DNA of 64,000 nucleotides, from assembly GCA_963849325.1 (NCBI GenBank), contig CAWKHF010000001.1, positions 128,001 through 192,000 on the forward strand, in the 5' to 3' direction. Below the pieces are notes generated by a model. The model was not told the origin of the DNA, did no database searches, and saw only the letters and a list, made by a program, of their open reading frames with translations. A program made the position numbers and the translations under genes. Shown piece by piece: positions 42,427 through 53,482 of the stretch; the stretch's first letter is position 1, and every line of letters begins with the position of its first letter. This stretch comes from an uncultured Planctomycetota bacterium (GTDB lineage: Bacteria > Planctomycetota > Planctomycetia > Gemmatales > Gemmataceae).

Positions 42427-45400
42427 ATGAACGAGGAAAGTTTATTCCATCGCGCTCGGGAGAAGAGCGATCCCGCCGAACGGGCCGCCTTCCTGAAGCA
42501 AGCCTGCGGCGGCGATGAGACGCTGCGACAACGTATCGAGGCGCTGCTCCATTCGCACGAGCAAGGCCCCAGCACTCTGAGCCAAACAATCGCCGATCCC
42601 AACGCTGCCGGCCCTATTACGCCCGAACAAGGGCACCCTCGCAACGAGCTGCCCGAAGTACCGTTGGACGACGCCGGCCGCCGCATCGGGCCGTACAAGC
42701 TGCGGCAACAGATCGGCGAGGGCGGCATGGGCGCCGTCTTCCTGGCCGAACAACAAGAACCGGTTCGCCGCATGGTCGCCCTCAAGGTCATCAAGGCCGG
42801 CATGGATTCGGCCCAGGTCATCGCTCGTTTCGAGGCCGAACGGCAAGCCCTGGCGTTGATGGATCATCCCAACATTGCCAAGGTGCTCGATGCCAACAAG
42901 ACGCCCAGCGGCCATCCCTACTTCGTCATGGAACTGGTCCAGGGTCTCCCCATCACTCGCTACTGCGACGAACAGCGTCTTTCGCCGCGGCAGCGGCTGG
43001 AGTTGTTGGTGCCGGTCTGCCAAGCCATCCAGCACGCTCATCAGAAGGGCATCATCCACCGCGATATCAAGCCGTCCAACGTCCTCGTCGCTACCTACGA
43101 TGGCAAGCCGGCACCCAAGGTCATTGATTTCGGTGTGGCCAAGGCGATGGGCGGCAAGCTGACGGAGCAGACGCTCTTCACCGGCCTGGGCGCCCTGGTC
43201 GGCACCCTGGAATACATGTCTCCAGAGCAAGCCGAACTCAATGCCCTGGACATCGACACGCGCAGCGACATCTACTCGCTGGGCGTGCTGCTGTACGAGC
43301 TGCTGACGGCCACGACGCCGCTGACGCGGCAGCGACTCAAAGATGTGGCCATCGTGGAAGTGCTGCGACGGATCCGCGAGGAGGAGCCACCCCGACCCAG
43401 CACACGCTTGTTGAGTTCCCCGGATTCGTTGGCGTCCGTGGCGGCGAAGCGTCATCTGGAGCCGTCGGCTTTACTCAAGGCGGTGCGGGGCGAGGTGGAC
43501 TGGATCGTCATGAAGGCGTTGGAGAAGGACCGTACACGCCGCTATGAGGCCGCCAACGACCTGGCGCGGGACATCGAACGTTATTTGGCCGAGGAGCCGG
43601 TGGAGGCGGGTCCACCCCGCGCCGCCTATCGCTTGCGCAAGCTGGCGTGGAAGCATCGCCGGGGTTTGGCGACGGCGGGGGCGTTGCTGCTTCTTCTGGT
43701 GACGGCCGTGGTGGTGAGCACGAGCCTAGCGGTGTGGGCGTGGCGCACCGAAGAAAAAGCGTTGACGGATCGCAACCGTGCCTTGAAGGCGGAAGCCGAA
43801 GCGAAGCAGTCGGAGGAAGACGCCAAGTCGGTGCTGGGCTTTTTCCAGGACAAGGTGTTGAGTGCGGGTCGCCCCCAGGGGCAGGAAGGCGGCCTGGGCA
43901 ATCAGGTGTCCTTGCGGCAAGCGGTGGACGCGGCCGAGCCGGAGATTGCCCAAGTCCTTTGCGGATCGGCCGTTGGTCGAGGCGTCGATCCGCGATTCGC
44001 TGGGGGAGACGTACCGATACCTGGGCGAATATCCCCAGGCGATCCGCCAGCAGGAACGGGCCTTGGCATTGCACGAGTCCCAGCTCGGACCCGACCATCC
44101 CGCCACGCTCCAATCCCGCAATAACCTGGCGCTGGCGTACTGGTCCGTCGGCCGAACCACCGACGCGGTCCGGCTGCACGCCCAAAACCTTCAGCAGTGC
44201 GAGGCCAAGCTCGGACCCGACCACTCCAACACACTCAAATCTCGTAATAACCTGGCGCTGGCGTACCAGTCTCTTGGCCGCACGGCCGAGGCTATCCGCC
44301 TGCACGAGCAGAACCTCCAGCAGTGCGAGGCCAAACTCGGACCGGACGACTCCGACACGCTCCAGTCCCGCCACAATCTGGCCACTGCGTACTGCTCCGC
44401 TGGCCGGATCGCCGACGCCATCCGTCTGCACGAGCACAATCTCCAGCAGAGGGAAGCCACGCTTGGACCCGACCACCCGGACACCCTCAAATCCCGCAAC
44501 AACCTGGCCGTGGCTTACGCGTCCGCCGGACGCACCGCCGACGCGATTCGCCTGCACGAGCAGACCCTCCAGCAGAGAGAGGCCAAGCTCGGAGTCAACC
44601 ACCCCGACACGCTTCTCTCTCGCAACAACCTGGCCCAGGTATACTTATTTGCCGGCCGCGCCGACGAGGCCATCCGTCTACGCGAGCAGCTCCTTCAACA
44701 CTACGAGTCCACGCTCGGACCCAATCACAACACCACACGCCGGACTCGCGACGCCGTGGCCTCCGCGCGGCAGATGAAACGAATCGCCGATCGTTATCGG
44801 CAAGCGCGGGAGTCGAAAGGAGAGCACAACACCGATACACTCCGCGTTCTTTGTGAGCTTGCCGATAGCTTCGCGGCGCGGGGCAACCATGCCCGGGCCG
44901 AACGGCTGTTTCAGCAGGTGCTGGCCGGCTGCGAAGGCCGGGCCAGGAACGACCCCCTCGTGTTATGGGCCGAGGACCGTTTGGTGGAAGCTTACCTCGC
45001 TCAGAACCAGCGAGAAAAAGCACGTCCGCTGCTGGCGGATCGATGCCGGCGCGGCGAAGGCAACGAGGACAACCTTGAGGTGGCCTTATCGTTAGTCCGT
45101 CTGAGCCGGACTTTGCTCGACAAGAAAATGTATGCCGAGGCGGAGCCGCTGTTGCGGGAAGGTCTGCAAATCCGTGAAGCCAAGGAGCCCGATGCCTGGA
45201 CGACTTTCAACGCCCGCTCCTTGCTCGGTAAAGCGCTCTGGGGCCAGAAGCAATACGCCAACGCCGAGCCGCTGTTGCTGCAAGGCTACCAGGGGATGAA
45301 AGAACGCGAGTCGAAGATTCCGGCGCAGGCTCGGTCTCGCGTGATCGAGGCGGGAAAGTCGCCTCGTGCAGCTGTATGACGCCTGGGGCCAGAAGGACAA

Positions 45401-45461
45401 GTCCGACCAATGGCGTCGGGAACTCGACGAGGCGGCCAAGCAGAGCAAAGAGAGAAGATGA
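42427..45461 (+). CDS. Planctomycete-type Ser/Thr kinase with 42-aa TPR repeats (frameshifts near 43950 and 45360)
   Basis: ERAAFLKQACGGD N-terminus, GEGGMG, HRDIKPSN, DFG, TM, repeats LGPDHPDTL.SRNNLA. Confidence 0.9.
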
Positions 45462-45536
45462 ATCAACGGACCAAGGGAGTGGAAAACACGCTCTCTTCGC
45501 GTTCGCGGACCACCCCGCCGAGTTTCTCCTCGCCGT

Positions 45537-46397
45537 TCAGCGCAAGCGCGCTGCCAGCGCCGCCGTCAGCCGAGGATTCGAGAGCAATTCCGCCAGCGCG
45601 TGCTCGACGGTGTGCTCCAGCACCGCCACGGAACTCACGTCGCCGACGATCCGATCCGCTGTCTTCTCCAGCTCGCCCTGTTGTTTCTTGAACTCCGCCG
45701 CGCTCAGGCCGCGCGCCTGGCTCAACAGCGCCGCCGCCCGAGCGCGGATGCGGCCCGATCGATCCGCGTCCACGCCGGCGACCAGCCAACCGACCTCCTC
45801 GGCGATCTCGTCGCGCTTCTCCTCCCACTCCTTGTCCTTCAGTCCGCGCACCTTCTCGATGGACTCGTATAAGCGCTCGCGCGGATCGGCGACCTCGTCT
45901 TCCACGTAGCCGAAATAGTACGCCAGCTGCGACGGCTTCAGCTTCCGCAGCACTTCCGGCGCATGCCGGCGGGCCGCCGCTGTCAACTCGATGTCATTGT
46001 CCAGAGTGGGCTTTTCGGTTTCGGTCAACTCGTCCAGCTTTTCTTCCAGGTTGTCGATGCCCTCGTCGTCGTTGGCGTCGAGGAGGGCGTTGCGCAGGTC
46101 ATCGAGCAATTGCCGGTAGTCCTCGCTGACCTCGCCGGGCTTGCGCGGATGGTCCCGCTGCGCCGTCTGAGGCGCCAGCCGGGCCAGGAACTGCATCTGC
46201 TCGATCGTGAAGCGGAGGTGATAGAGCGTTTGCAGCGCTTGCACTTCCAGCTGGAGGTTGCTGGCCGACGTTTGCTCCGGCCTGGACTCCGTGGGCTTCT
46301 CGGCCGCGACGCTCGTCATCTCGGTGCGGACGAGCAGGCTCGCCGCCAGGGCCACAAACGCGAAAGAGTAACGCGGCATCGTTCTTCGACTGGGCAT
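45537..46397 (-). CDS. Exported hypothetical helical protein
   Basis: Signal-peptide-like N-terminus; intact 286-aa ORF at the end of the operon. Confidence 0.7.
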   Translation of the reverse strand: MPSRRTMPRYSFAFVALAASLLVRTEMTSVAAEKPTESRPEQTSASNLQLEVQALQTLYHLRFTIEQMQFLARLAPQTAQRDHPRKPGEVSEDYRQLLDDLRNALLDANDDEGIDNLEEKLDELTETEKPTLDNDIELTAAARRHAPEVLRKLKPSQLAYYFGYVEDEVADPRERLYESIEKVRGLKDKEWEEKRDEIAEEVGWLVAGVDADRSGRIRARAAALLSQARGLSAAEFKKQQGELEKTADRIVGDVSSVAVLEHTVEHALAELLSNPRLTAALAARLR

Positions 46398-46424
46398 GAT
46401 CGTGCTCCCTGGGCCGACTCGCGG

Positions 46425-48578
46425 TTAGATTCGATCGAGTGAATCAATCCAGCGAACCAGTTCGTGCAACGTGTCGATGCCGAGCCGGCCATCGATGTAC
46501 TGCCGGCCCATGTCCTTGATCTCGCGGAAGAGGACCGGATACTTGTACTCGGTCAGCTTGGCCTTGGTCTCCTTGATGGCGTCCCGCAGCGGATCCTTGT
46601 CGCCGGCGATGAGAAAGAAGCTGAGAGGTTGATTGGCGACCTTCTCGCGCGGTTTGCTGGTCAGCGCCGCTCCGGTGGTGGCGACGCCGCGGAACAGCCC
46701 GCGCGAACGAAAGCCCAGTAAGAACGCCATCTCGCCGCCCTGGTCCATGCCGTGTACGACGAGGCGCTGGCGATCGATGGTGTAGCTGTCGCCGACCGCC
46801 TTGACCGCCTCCTGCACAAATTCGCTCTCGCTCTGCGTCCAGCCGCGCTCGGCCTCGCGCGCGGGCACACGAGGATGATGTGATAGTCCTCGCAGTCATC
46901 CTGCCAGGAGTCGCTGAATTGCTCGAAATCCTTGTCCTTGTTCTTGCCGGCCGGGTGCAGCCAGACGACCACGGCATGGGCGACGTTCTGGTCGTAGTTC
47001 TCCGGGACGTAGATCCAATAGGTGTGGTCCGCCGCGGCGGTGGTGCGCTTGAGCAGACCGACTTCCGGCTTTTTCTCCTCCTTTTTGTCCTCTTTCTTGT
47101 CGTCCTTCTTCGGCGCGGGGGTGCCCGGCTTGACCAGTGCCTTCTTGGCGCTCGATCTCTCGGGCAGCTGGTCCTTGCCCGGCACGGTCTCGGGCACCTC
47201 GGCGAGCTTGATCTTGAGCGTCTCCGTCTTCTTGCCGTCGGCGCGCTTGACCTCGAAGGACAGCTCCAGGCCGGGGATGGCGGCGGCCATCAGAGCCAGG
47301 AGTTGATCGCGGCCCTGGACGGCTTGCAAGGCGTTCCGTCCGGGGGTGGACTCTCGGCCGATCTTCATGATGCGATCGCCGGCCTTGAGTCCGGCCTTGT
47401 CCGCCGGGCTGGCCGGGTAGACGTAACGGACCTCGACGCCCGGCTCGGGGTCGTCGCGGAGAGGGAGGATACCGAGGAACGGCTGGGCGATAAGCGGCGA
47501 CGGCCCCTTCCAGCACGACCTTGTCGAACTTGATCTCTTCCTTGCCGCGCTGGACCTTGAGGGCGATCACGTCGCCCTCGTACTTCGGCCCGAGGCGCTG
47601 CTGGAGCTGGGCCTGGCTGACGATCGGTTTGCCGTCGATGTCCTTGATGGTGTCGCCGGCCTTGAGGCCGCGCTTCTCGGCGGCCGAACCCGGCGACACG
47701 GTGCCGATGGTGGCGGGGGCGTCGTGCGCGTCCTGCGCCTGCTTCAGCGTGATGCCGAGCAACCCGCGCTTCAGCGTCACCGGCGTTTCCTTGGTGCCTT
47801 TGAGCAGACGCGGCAGGACGCGGTTGACGTCTTCGAGCGGAATGGCGAAGCCGATGCCGGAGTCGTACCACTCGAAGCCGGCCGTCTCGCCCTCGGAGCG
47901 CGGCGAAGCCGGCACCAGCACGCCCTGGACGCGGCCATACAGATCAATGAGCGGCCCGCCGTAGTTGGTCGGCGACACCTTGGCGTCGGTCTGGATGGCC
48001 TTGTCCCAGATGCGATGGAGCGCGCTGAGGATGCCGACGCTGACCGACGGCATCTGGTCGGCCGGGCCGGTCAGGGTGCGGCCGACGGCCAGCGCCGTCT
48101 GGCCGATGCGCATCTCCTTCTTGGGCGCCGCGACCGGCACCGGCAGTTTGCCGTTGACGCCGACTAGCTTGAGCAGGGTCAACATGCGCGTCTGGTCGTT
48201 GGCCACGACCTCGGCGACGTAGCGCTCCTTGTGGCCGGGCACCGAGACGTGGATGGCCGCCGGCTTGCTGGCGAAGTTGAAGGCGCTGGAGATGACGTAG
48301 CCGTCGGCGTGGACGATCAGTCCACTGGTCGGCCCGCTGGCGGTGCGGAGCAGGCCGCGCGGCCCCATCTGCACAACCTCGGTGCCGCCGGAGGTCTCGA
48401 TTTGCACCACGCAGGGAGCGACCTTGCGCACGGCCGTCTTGATCGCCTTCTCCTGCAGGTCGTCCAGGTCATCATCCGCCCTTGCGGATGACAAGGTGAC
48501 AAGGTGACAAGGTGACAAGGTGAACACAAGGGCGGCGAGCCATCGCGCAGCCCAGGGAGAGAATATCGTCCTTTGCAT
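46425..48578 (-). CDS. HtrA-like pseudo-protease + two PDZ + C-terminal alpha/beta hydrolase-like domain (frameshifted)
   Basis: Trypsin fold with SSAFNF and SPTNYGGP (no His/Ser); PDZ GLLGI, FLGIL; YWIYVPENYD...VVWLHP; VHGMDQGG. Confidence 0.8.
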
Positions 48579-48626
48579 GCTGTTGTTCCTCATCTCTTTC
48601 ACCTTGTCACCTTGTCACCTTGTCAC
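48489..48626. repeat. Octamer (TGACAAGG)n inverted repeat spanning a gene junction
   Basis: (TGACAAGG)x4 at 48489-48520 and complementary (CCTTGTCA)x3 at 48598-48626. Confidence 0.9.
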
Positions 48627-49719
48627 GGGAACGGGGAGCGGCGGGTTTCTTGGTCCGAGGTTTTTCCAACGTCAGGGTGACGGTTTGCAGTTTGCGGTCA
48701 CGTTGAATCTCCAGGCGGACGGTCTGGTTGGGGTGATAACGACCCAGCACGTCCTTGAAGGTGTGGATGTCGCCGACCGGCAGGCCATCGACGTAGACGA
48801 TCAGGTCGTCGGGCTTGAGCTGGGCCTTGTCGGCGGGCGAGCCGGGAACCACGTCGTCGATGTACGGCGGCGTGCGTTCGACGGGGTTGGCGACGAGAAT
48901 GATGCCGGTGTAGACGCCCGGCCCCTCGTTGCCCTTCTTACCGGGGTCGAGCGGCTTGTACTTCTCCTTCTTCTGAACGATGTCGAGGATGCTGACGGTC
49001 ACGCTCTTGCCGTCGGCCTGCGGGACGGTGATGCGGGCGTTGATCGGCAGAGCGTAGTTGATCCAGGTGTTGGTCAGCTCGTTGCGCAACTCCTTGCCGA
49101 CGAGGCCGAGCAGCTCGCCCTTGCGCGTGGTCGAGGCGCCGCCGGCGGCGCCGGGATTGTTGGTGATGGCATCGACCACGTACACGTCGCCCTTGTACGT
49201 CGCCTCGAAGATGCCGATGCGGCCGTACAGTTTGGAGTAGGAGGCCACGACGCCGCGCTGCACCGACATCGGCTCGTCGCGCGTGGCGATCTGAAACTGA
49301 TTGCTGAAAGCGAGGACGCCGGTGCCCGGCTCGACCGGAGCGCGCTTCGCCGCCTCGAAGACATCGAAGTATTCCTGCCCCTCGACCTTGACCTTGTCGT
49401 CGCCGATCTTGACCAGGGCGACGTCTAGTTCCGGCTCGATGGCCACGACGCGGGCGTGAAAGCGCGTGCCGTCGTACAGGTGGACGCGCAGGTCGCGCGT
49501 GTCGAGGATGTGGCTGTTGACGGTGAGGATGTAGCCGTCCGCCGAGACGAGGATGCCGCTGCCGTAGGAGGCCAGCCCCTTGACGCCGCCCGCGCCGAAG
49601 AGCTTGACCAGCTTGGGATTGACCTTGTCGGAGACCGTGGCGAAGGACTCCTCGGCGTGCGCGGACGAGGCCAACAGGAAGGCCAACGTCAAGGCAGCGA
49701 TATATCGCTTTTGGTTCAT
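48607..49719 (-). CDS. HtrA-like trypsin + PDZ protein, catalytic Ser replaced by Ala
   Basis: Signal peptide; TVNSHI, DVALVK, NNPGAAGGA; PDZ GSPADKAQLKPDD. Confidence 0.85.
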   Translation of the reverse strand: MNQKRYIAALTLAFLLASSAHAEESFATVSDKVNPKLVKLFGAGGVKGLASYGSGILVSADGYILTVNSHILDTRDLRVHLYDGTRFHARVVAIEPELDVALVKIGDDKVKVEGQEYFDVFEAAKRAPVEPGTGVLAFSNQFQIATRDEPMSVQRGVVASYSKLYGRIGIFEATYKGDVYVVDAITNNPGAAGGASTTRKGELLGLVGKELRNELTNTWINYALPINARITVPQADGKSVTVSILDIVQKKEKYKPLDPGKKGNEGPGVYTGIILVANPVERTPPYIDDVVPGSPADKAQLKPDDLIVYVDGLPVGDIHTFKDVLGRYHPNQTVRLEIQRDRKLQTVTLTLEKPRTKKPAAPRSRDKVTR

Positions 49720-49747
49720 GGGTGATTCTTTCTGACGTGGGTGAAGA

Positions 49748-50014
49748 TCAGGCACCGATACCCTTTTGAAGTAGTTCGAGAACATCCCTATCGTCTTTCT
49801 CAACGCGCACGTCACCGTCTCCAGGCCACACGGAGATGATGGTGTCGCCCCTATCCGATTCAACTCTGAGGGTAACGGGTTCTTTTTCAAACGTATCGCA
49901 CACTATCACTTTTTCGCCGGAGGCCAACGAGAAGTGGGCACACTCCGGCTCGATATTCAGGATGACCGGACCCGACAGGTCGTTTTGGAGAACAAATCGG
50001 CTGTGGTGGGTCAT
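49748..50014 (-). CDS. Small hypothetical protein (88 aa), lower GC
   Basis: GAAGGAG RBS; beta-rich acidic ORF filling the gap between two protease genes. Confidence 0.65.
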   Translation of the reverse strand: MTHHSRFVLQNDLSGPVILNIEPECAHFSLASGEKVIVCDTFEKEPVTLRVESDRGDTIISVWPGDGDVRVEKDDRDVLELLQKGIGA

Positions 50015-50029
50015 TGCTTGATCTCCTTC

Positions 50030-50174
50030 AGAGCCTCTCCCAACAAGAGCCTCACGCAAAGGCGCAAAGAACGCAAAGGAAAAGAGAATAAAGATCCAAG
50101 CGACTCGTGCCTATTTTTTGTCTTTCTTTGCGTTCTTTGCGCCTTTGCGTGAGGCTCTTGTTGGGAGAGGCTCT
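50030..50174. mobile_element. MITE-like long inverted repeat with internal CGCAAAG repeats
   Basis: ~49-nt perfect arms AGAGCCTCTCCCAACAAGAGCCTCACGCAAAGGCGCAAAGAACGCAAAG, AT-rich centre, no ORF. Confidence 0.6.
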
Positions 50175-50245
50175 AAAGAGTCTGGGGAATTCTCGGTGGA
50201 TTGCCACTTGTGTTCTGCACGAGAATCCCCGAATCACCGACCGCA

Positions 50246-52083
50246 TTATTCCTTCTTCCACGAATTGACGTTGAGGCTGGCGTAGGTCTTGTCGCTGAAG
50301 CGGACCTCGATGCGGTGCGGCAGTTTGCCGCCGTCAACGTCCTTGTAATCGAACAGGTAGACCTCGCACGGATCTTCGTCGCGGTCCAGCCAAACCTCGA
50401 AGCCGAGCAGCTGGCCGGCCGTCTCGTCGTTCTTGGTCGAGAAGTACCACTTGCCATCGACGCCGGCGTGACGCGTGCGGATGACCTCGGCGTCCACGCG
50501 CAGCTTGCTGTAGTCCACCTTGGTCTGGTCGGACTTCGGCGGATAGAACGGCTCGATGCCGCCGTGACTGAAGCCGGTGGCGAAGCCCTTGGCTCCGGAG
50601 ATCAAGAGCTGTCGATACTGATACAAGGCCATGAGCAGTCCGCCGCTGTCGGGCGGATCGCGGCGCGTGACCGGTTTCTCGTCGTCATTGAGCGGTTCCA
50701 GGCTGAAATCGAGCCCATCCACGATGGCCTGGACGAGATCGTTCTGGCCGTCCTTGCGCTCCCCTGGCGTGAATGCTGAAGTCGGCGACGACGCGCTTGC
50801 CGCGCGGGCCGACGCCAGCGTACAGCATGCCGGTGGTGCGGATGCCCCAGTCTGCCGGCGGCCTTGCCGAAGTCGCCGTGCTTGTGGAAGGCGGCCAGCA
50901 GACGCTGCTGCTCCTGCTTGTTGAAGTAGTAGTTGGCGAAGCCGGCCTTGGCCTCGTAGAGCTTGGTCGCCGGCGACTTGATCGGCGGACGATTGGACGG
51001 TTGTCGCGGTCCGGGACGCCCCGGCTGCGGCCCCGGCTGACCGCCGATCTCCTGACGCTGCACGCCCATCAGACGCACCAGCACTTCGCGCGTCTCCCGT
51101 TTCTTCTTGTCGTTCTCGTGCCGGTAGACGATCGGCACGCGCCAGCCCTTGGGGTACAGGCCGAGGACGTTCTTGAACTGGTTGACGGTGAAGACCGGCC
51201 GGCCGGCGAACGACACCAGTTGATCGTCGATGTCCAGGCCGCGCCGCAGGGCGTCGCTGGGGATGATGCGCTTGACGACGACCTTGGCCAGGGCGCCCTC
51301 TTCCGAATCGCTCTCCATCAGGGCGCCGAGCGAGGCGTGATCGGTGTCCATGCCGGCCTTGAGCTGGGCCAGGAAGTTCTTGATCTGGTTGATCGAGATG
51401 GCGTAGCCGACGCCGGAGTTGACGCGGCCGCGCTTCTCGAACGAGCCGCGGCCGTTGATGCCGATCAGCTCGCCGTCCATGTTGAACAGCGGGCCGCCGC
51501 GAGTTGCCGGGGTTGATCGACGTGTCGATCTGGATGCAGTCGGTGTACTCCAGCAGCGTGCCGGCCGGATACTGGTAGCGGTGGACGCCGCTGACCAGGC
51601 CGAACGTCACGGTCGGCGTGAAGTCGGTGGCCAGCAGGAACGGATTGCCCATCGCCAGCGACCAGTCGCCGGCCTGCACCTTGTCGCTGTCGCCCATCTT
51701 GGCGTAGGGGAACTTGTCGCCCGGCTTCTTGGGCAGCAGCTTGATGAGGGCCACGTCGCCGACCTTGTCGAGTCCGACGAGGACGGCGTCGTAGAGGACG
51801 CCGTCGGGCAGGCCGCACTTCATGACCGGGCCGTGGGCGGCCTCGGTGACGTGGAAGTTGGTCAGGGCGTAGCCGTCTTCGCTGATGAGCACGCCGGAGC
51901 CGCCGCCGGTCAGCACGGCGACGACGGCCGGCTGCACCTTCTCGATGACGGCCACCCGCTTGTTCTCCATGTCCACGGACGCGCGGGTCGATGTCGTCGC
52001 CGCGCACGGACAGGACGGCGACGAGCAGGGCCGGCAGCAGTACGGCCAGCAGTCGCCGGCGATTATTGGCGGAGGAGGATCAT
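50246..52083 (-). CDS. HtrA-like trypsin serine protease + PDZ + C-terminal extension (frameshifted)
   Basis: TNFHV, DVALIK, NPGNSGGP (split by a 1-nt indel at ~51500); signal peptide RRRLLAVLLPALLVAVLSVRG. Confidence 0.85.
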
Positions 52084-52107
52084 GGGATCCTTTCAAGCGG
52101 GTCAGTG

Positions 52108-52159
52108 CGTTCAGCCGCGAGTCAGCGGAGTCAGCAATGCGCTGACTCGCGGCTAAACG
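52108..52159. repeat. Palindromic element, CGTTTAGCCGCG family
   Basis: CGTTCAGCCGCGAGTCAGCG...CGCTGACTCGCGGCTAAACG. Confidence 0.85.
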
Positions 52160-52173
52160 AACACCTGACCCTA

Positions 52174-53384
52174 CTACTTCTGCACCTTGGCGTTGACCAG
52201 ATCCAGGTGCTTGCCGTTGTCGAACAGGTCGCCGCTGCGGACGATGAGGCGCAGCTTCTGTACGTCCTTGATGTTCAGGTTGATGACGCCTTCCTTCTTG
52301 TCCTTGGAGTCCCTGCGCGTGAACGTCTTCTTGTAGAGTTCCTTGGTCTCGCCGTCGAGGACGCCCTCGATCACCAGCACGACCGGGCCGCCGACGCCGC
52401 CGACGGATTGATCGATGCCGGCCAGGGCGTGGAACTCGCGGTAATCGCCCTTCAGGTCGTACTCCAACTCGGTGTGCGCGTGCAGGGCCAGGCCGATGGC
52501 GAACGTCTCGTCGTAGATGCGCAGCGGCCCGTTGTCGAGGTTTTTGTCGCGGCGGTAGGTGTCGATGAAGTCGAAGTTGGACGTCTGCACCACCTTCGCC
52601 GGCTCGACGCGCGACAGGAAGGCCACCTTGTCGAGCGTGTAATCGAGGCGCGTTACCATCTCCATCGGGACGTCGATGTGGGCGCCGGCGGGCGTCGTGA
52701 CCGACAGGCCGGTGGGCGTCCGCGTGACGCCGCTGACCATGAGGAGATCGTGATGGATGTCGGACAGTTTGCACAACACCGGCGGCGCCTGCGGATCGAG
52801 TTCGCGCTGGAAGATGAGGCCGTGCAGGTTGGCGAGGAGGAGATCGCGTTTCTTGCCGCTGGCGCGTCTGAAACTCGATGGTCTTGCCGTCCATGTCGGC
52901 GGTGCCGAGCGTGCCTTCCACGGGGTTGACCGTCCCCTCGTTGAGGATGGCGACCACGTCGCGGCGGCGCTTCTTGCCCAGGCGCTCCGTCCAGTCCCTG
53001 ACGATATTTGTCGTTGCCGGCGTTGATGAGGACGTTGGCGACGGCGGACAGCGGCAGCTTGATTTCCTGGCCGGCCAGCGTCTTCAGCTCGACCTGCTTC
53101 TCCTTGATGGACAATTCCTGGCAGTGCAGCAGGGAGCCGTCGATCAGCTCGACATCGGAAAACTGCTCGGGGAGCTTGACCGCGACGACGGCGGGGAAGT
53201 CGATCTTGAGGACCTGGGCCAGCGGCGTGGCGACGCGCATGCCCCCCTGGGCGAGGACGATTTCCTTGTCCGTGATGCTCTCCAGGTCGCCTTTGACGAC
53301 ATCGCCCTTGAGGGTGTGCAGCTCGGCGCACCAGCCGGCCGGGGCGCACAGGAACAGGGCGAAGAGCGCGGCACGGACACGCAT
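52174..53384 (-). CDS. Exported NPCBM/NEW2 domain protein (frameshifted)
   Basis: Signal peptide; C-terminal GLALHAHTELEYDLKGDYREFHALAGID...LRLIV typical of NPCBM/NEW2. Confidence 0.8.
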
Positions 53385-53408
53385 GGACAACCTCACGAGG
53401 GAGCCAGT

Positions 53409-53467
53409 GGGGGATGACGAAGGGGAATGAGGAAGGGGCTGCGTTCCTCCCCATTCCCCATTCCCCC
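53409..53467. repeat. Degenerate heptamer (GGGAATG/CATTCCC) inverted repeat
   Basis: GGGGAATGAGGAA...TTCCTCCCCATTCCCCATTCCCC. Confidence 0.6.
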
Positions 53468-53482
53468 TTGGGAGAGAGAGAC

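Noticed and set aside
44020-44740. 126-nt tandem DNA repeats
   Set aside because: They encode 42-aa TPR repeats of the kinase
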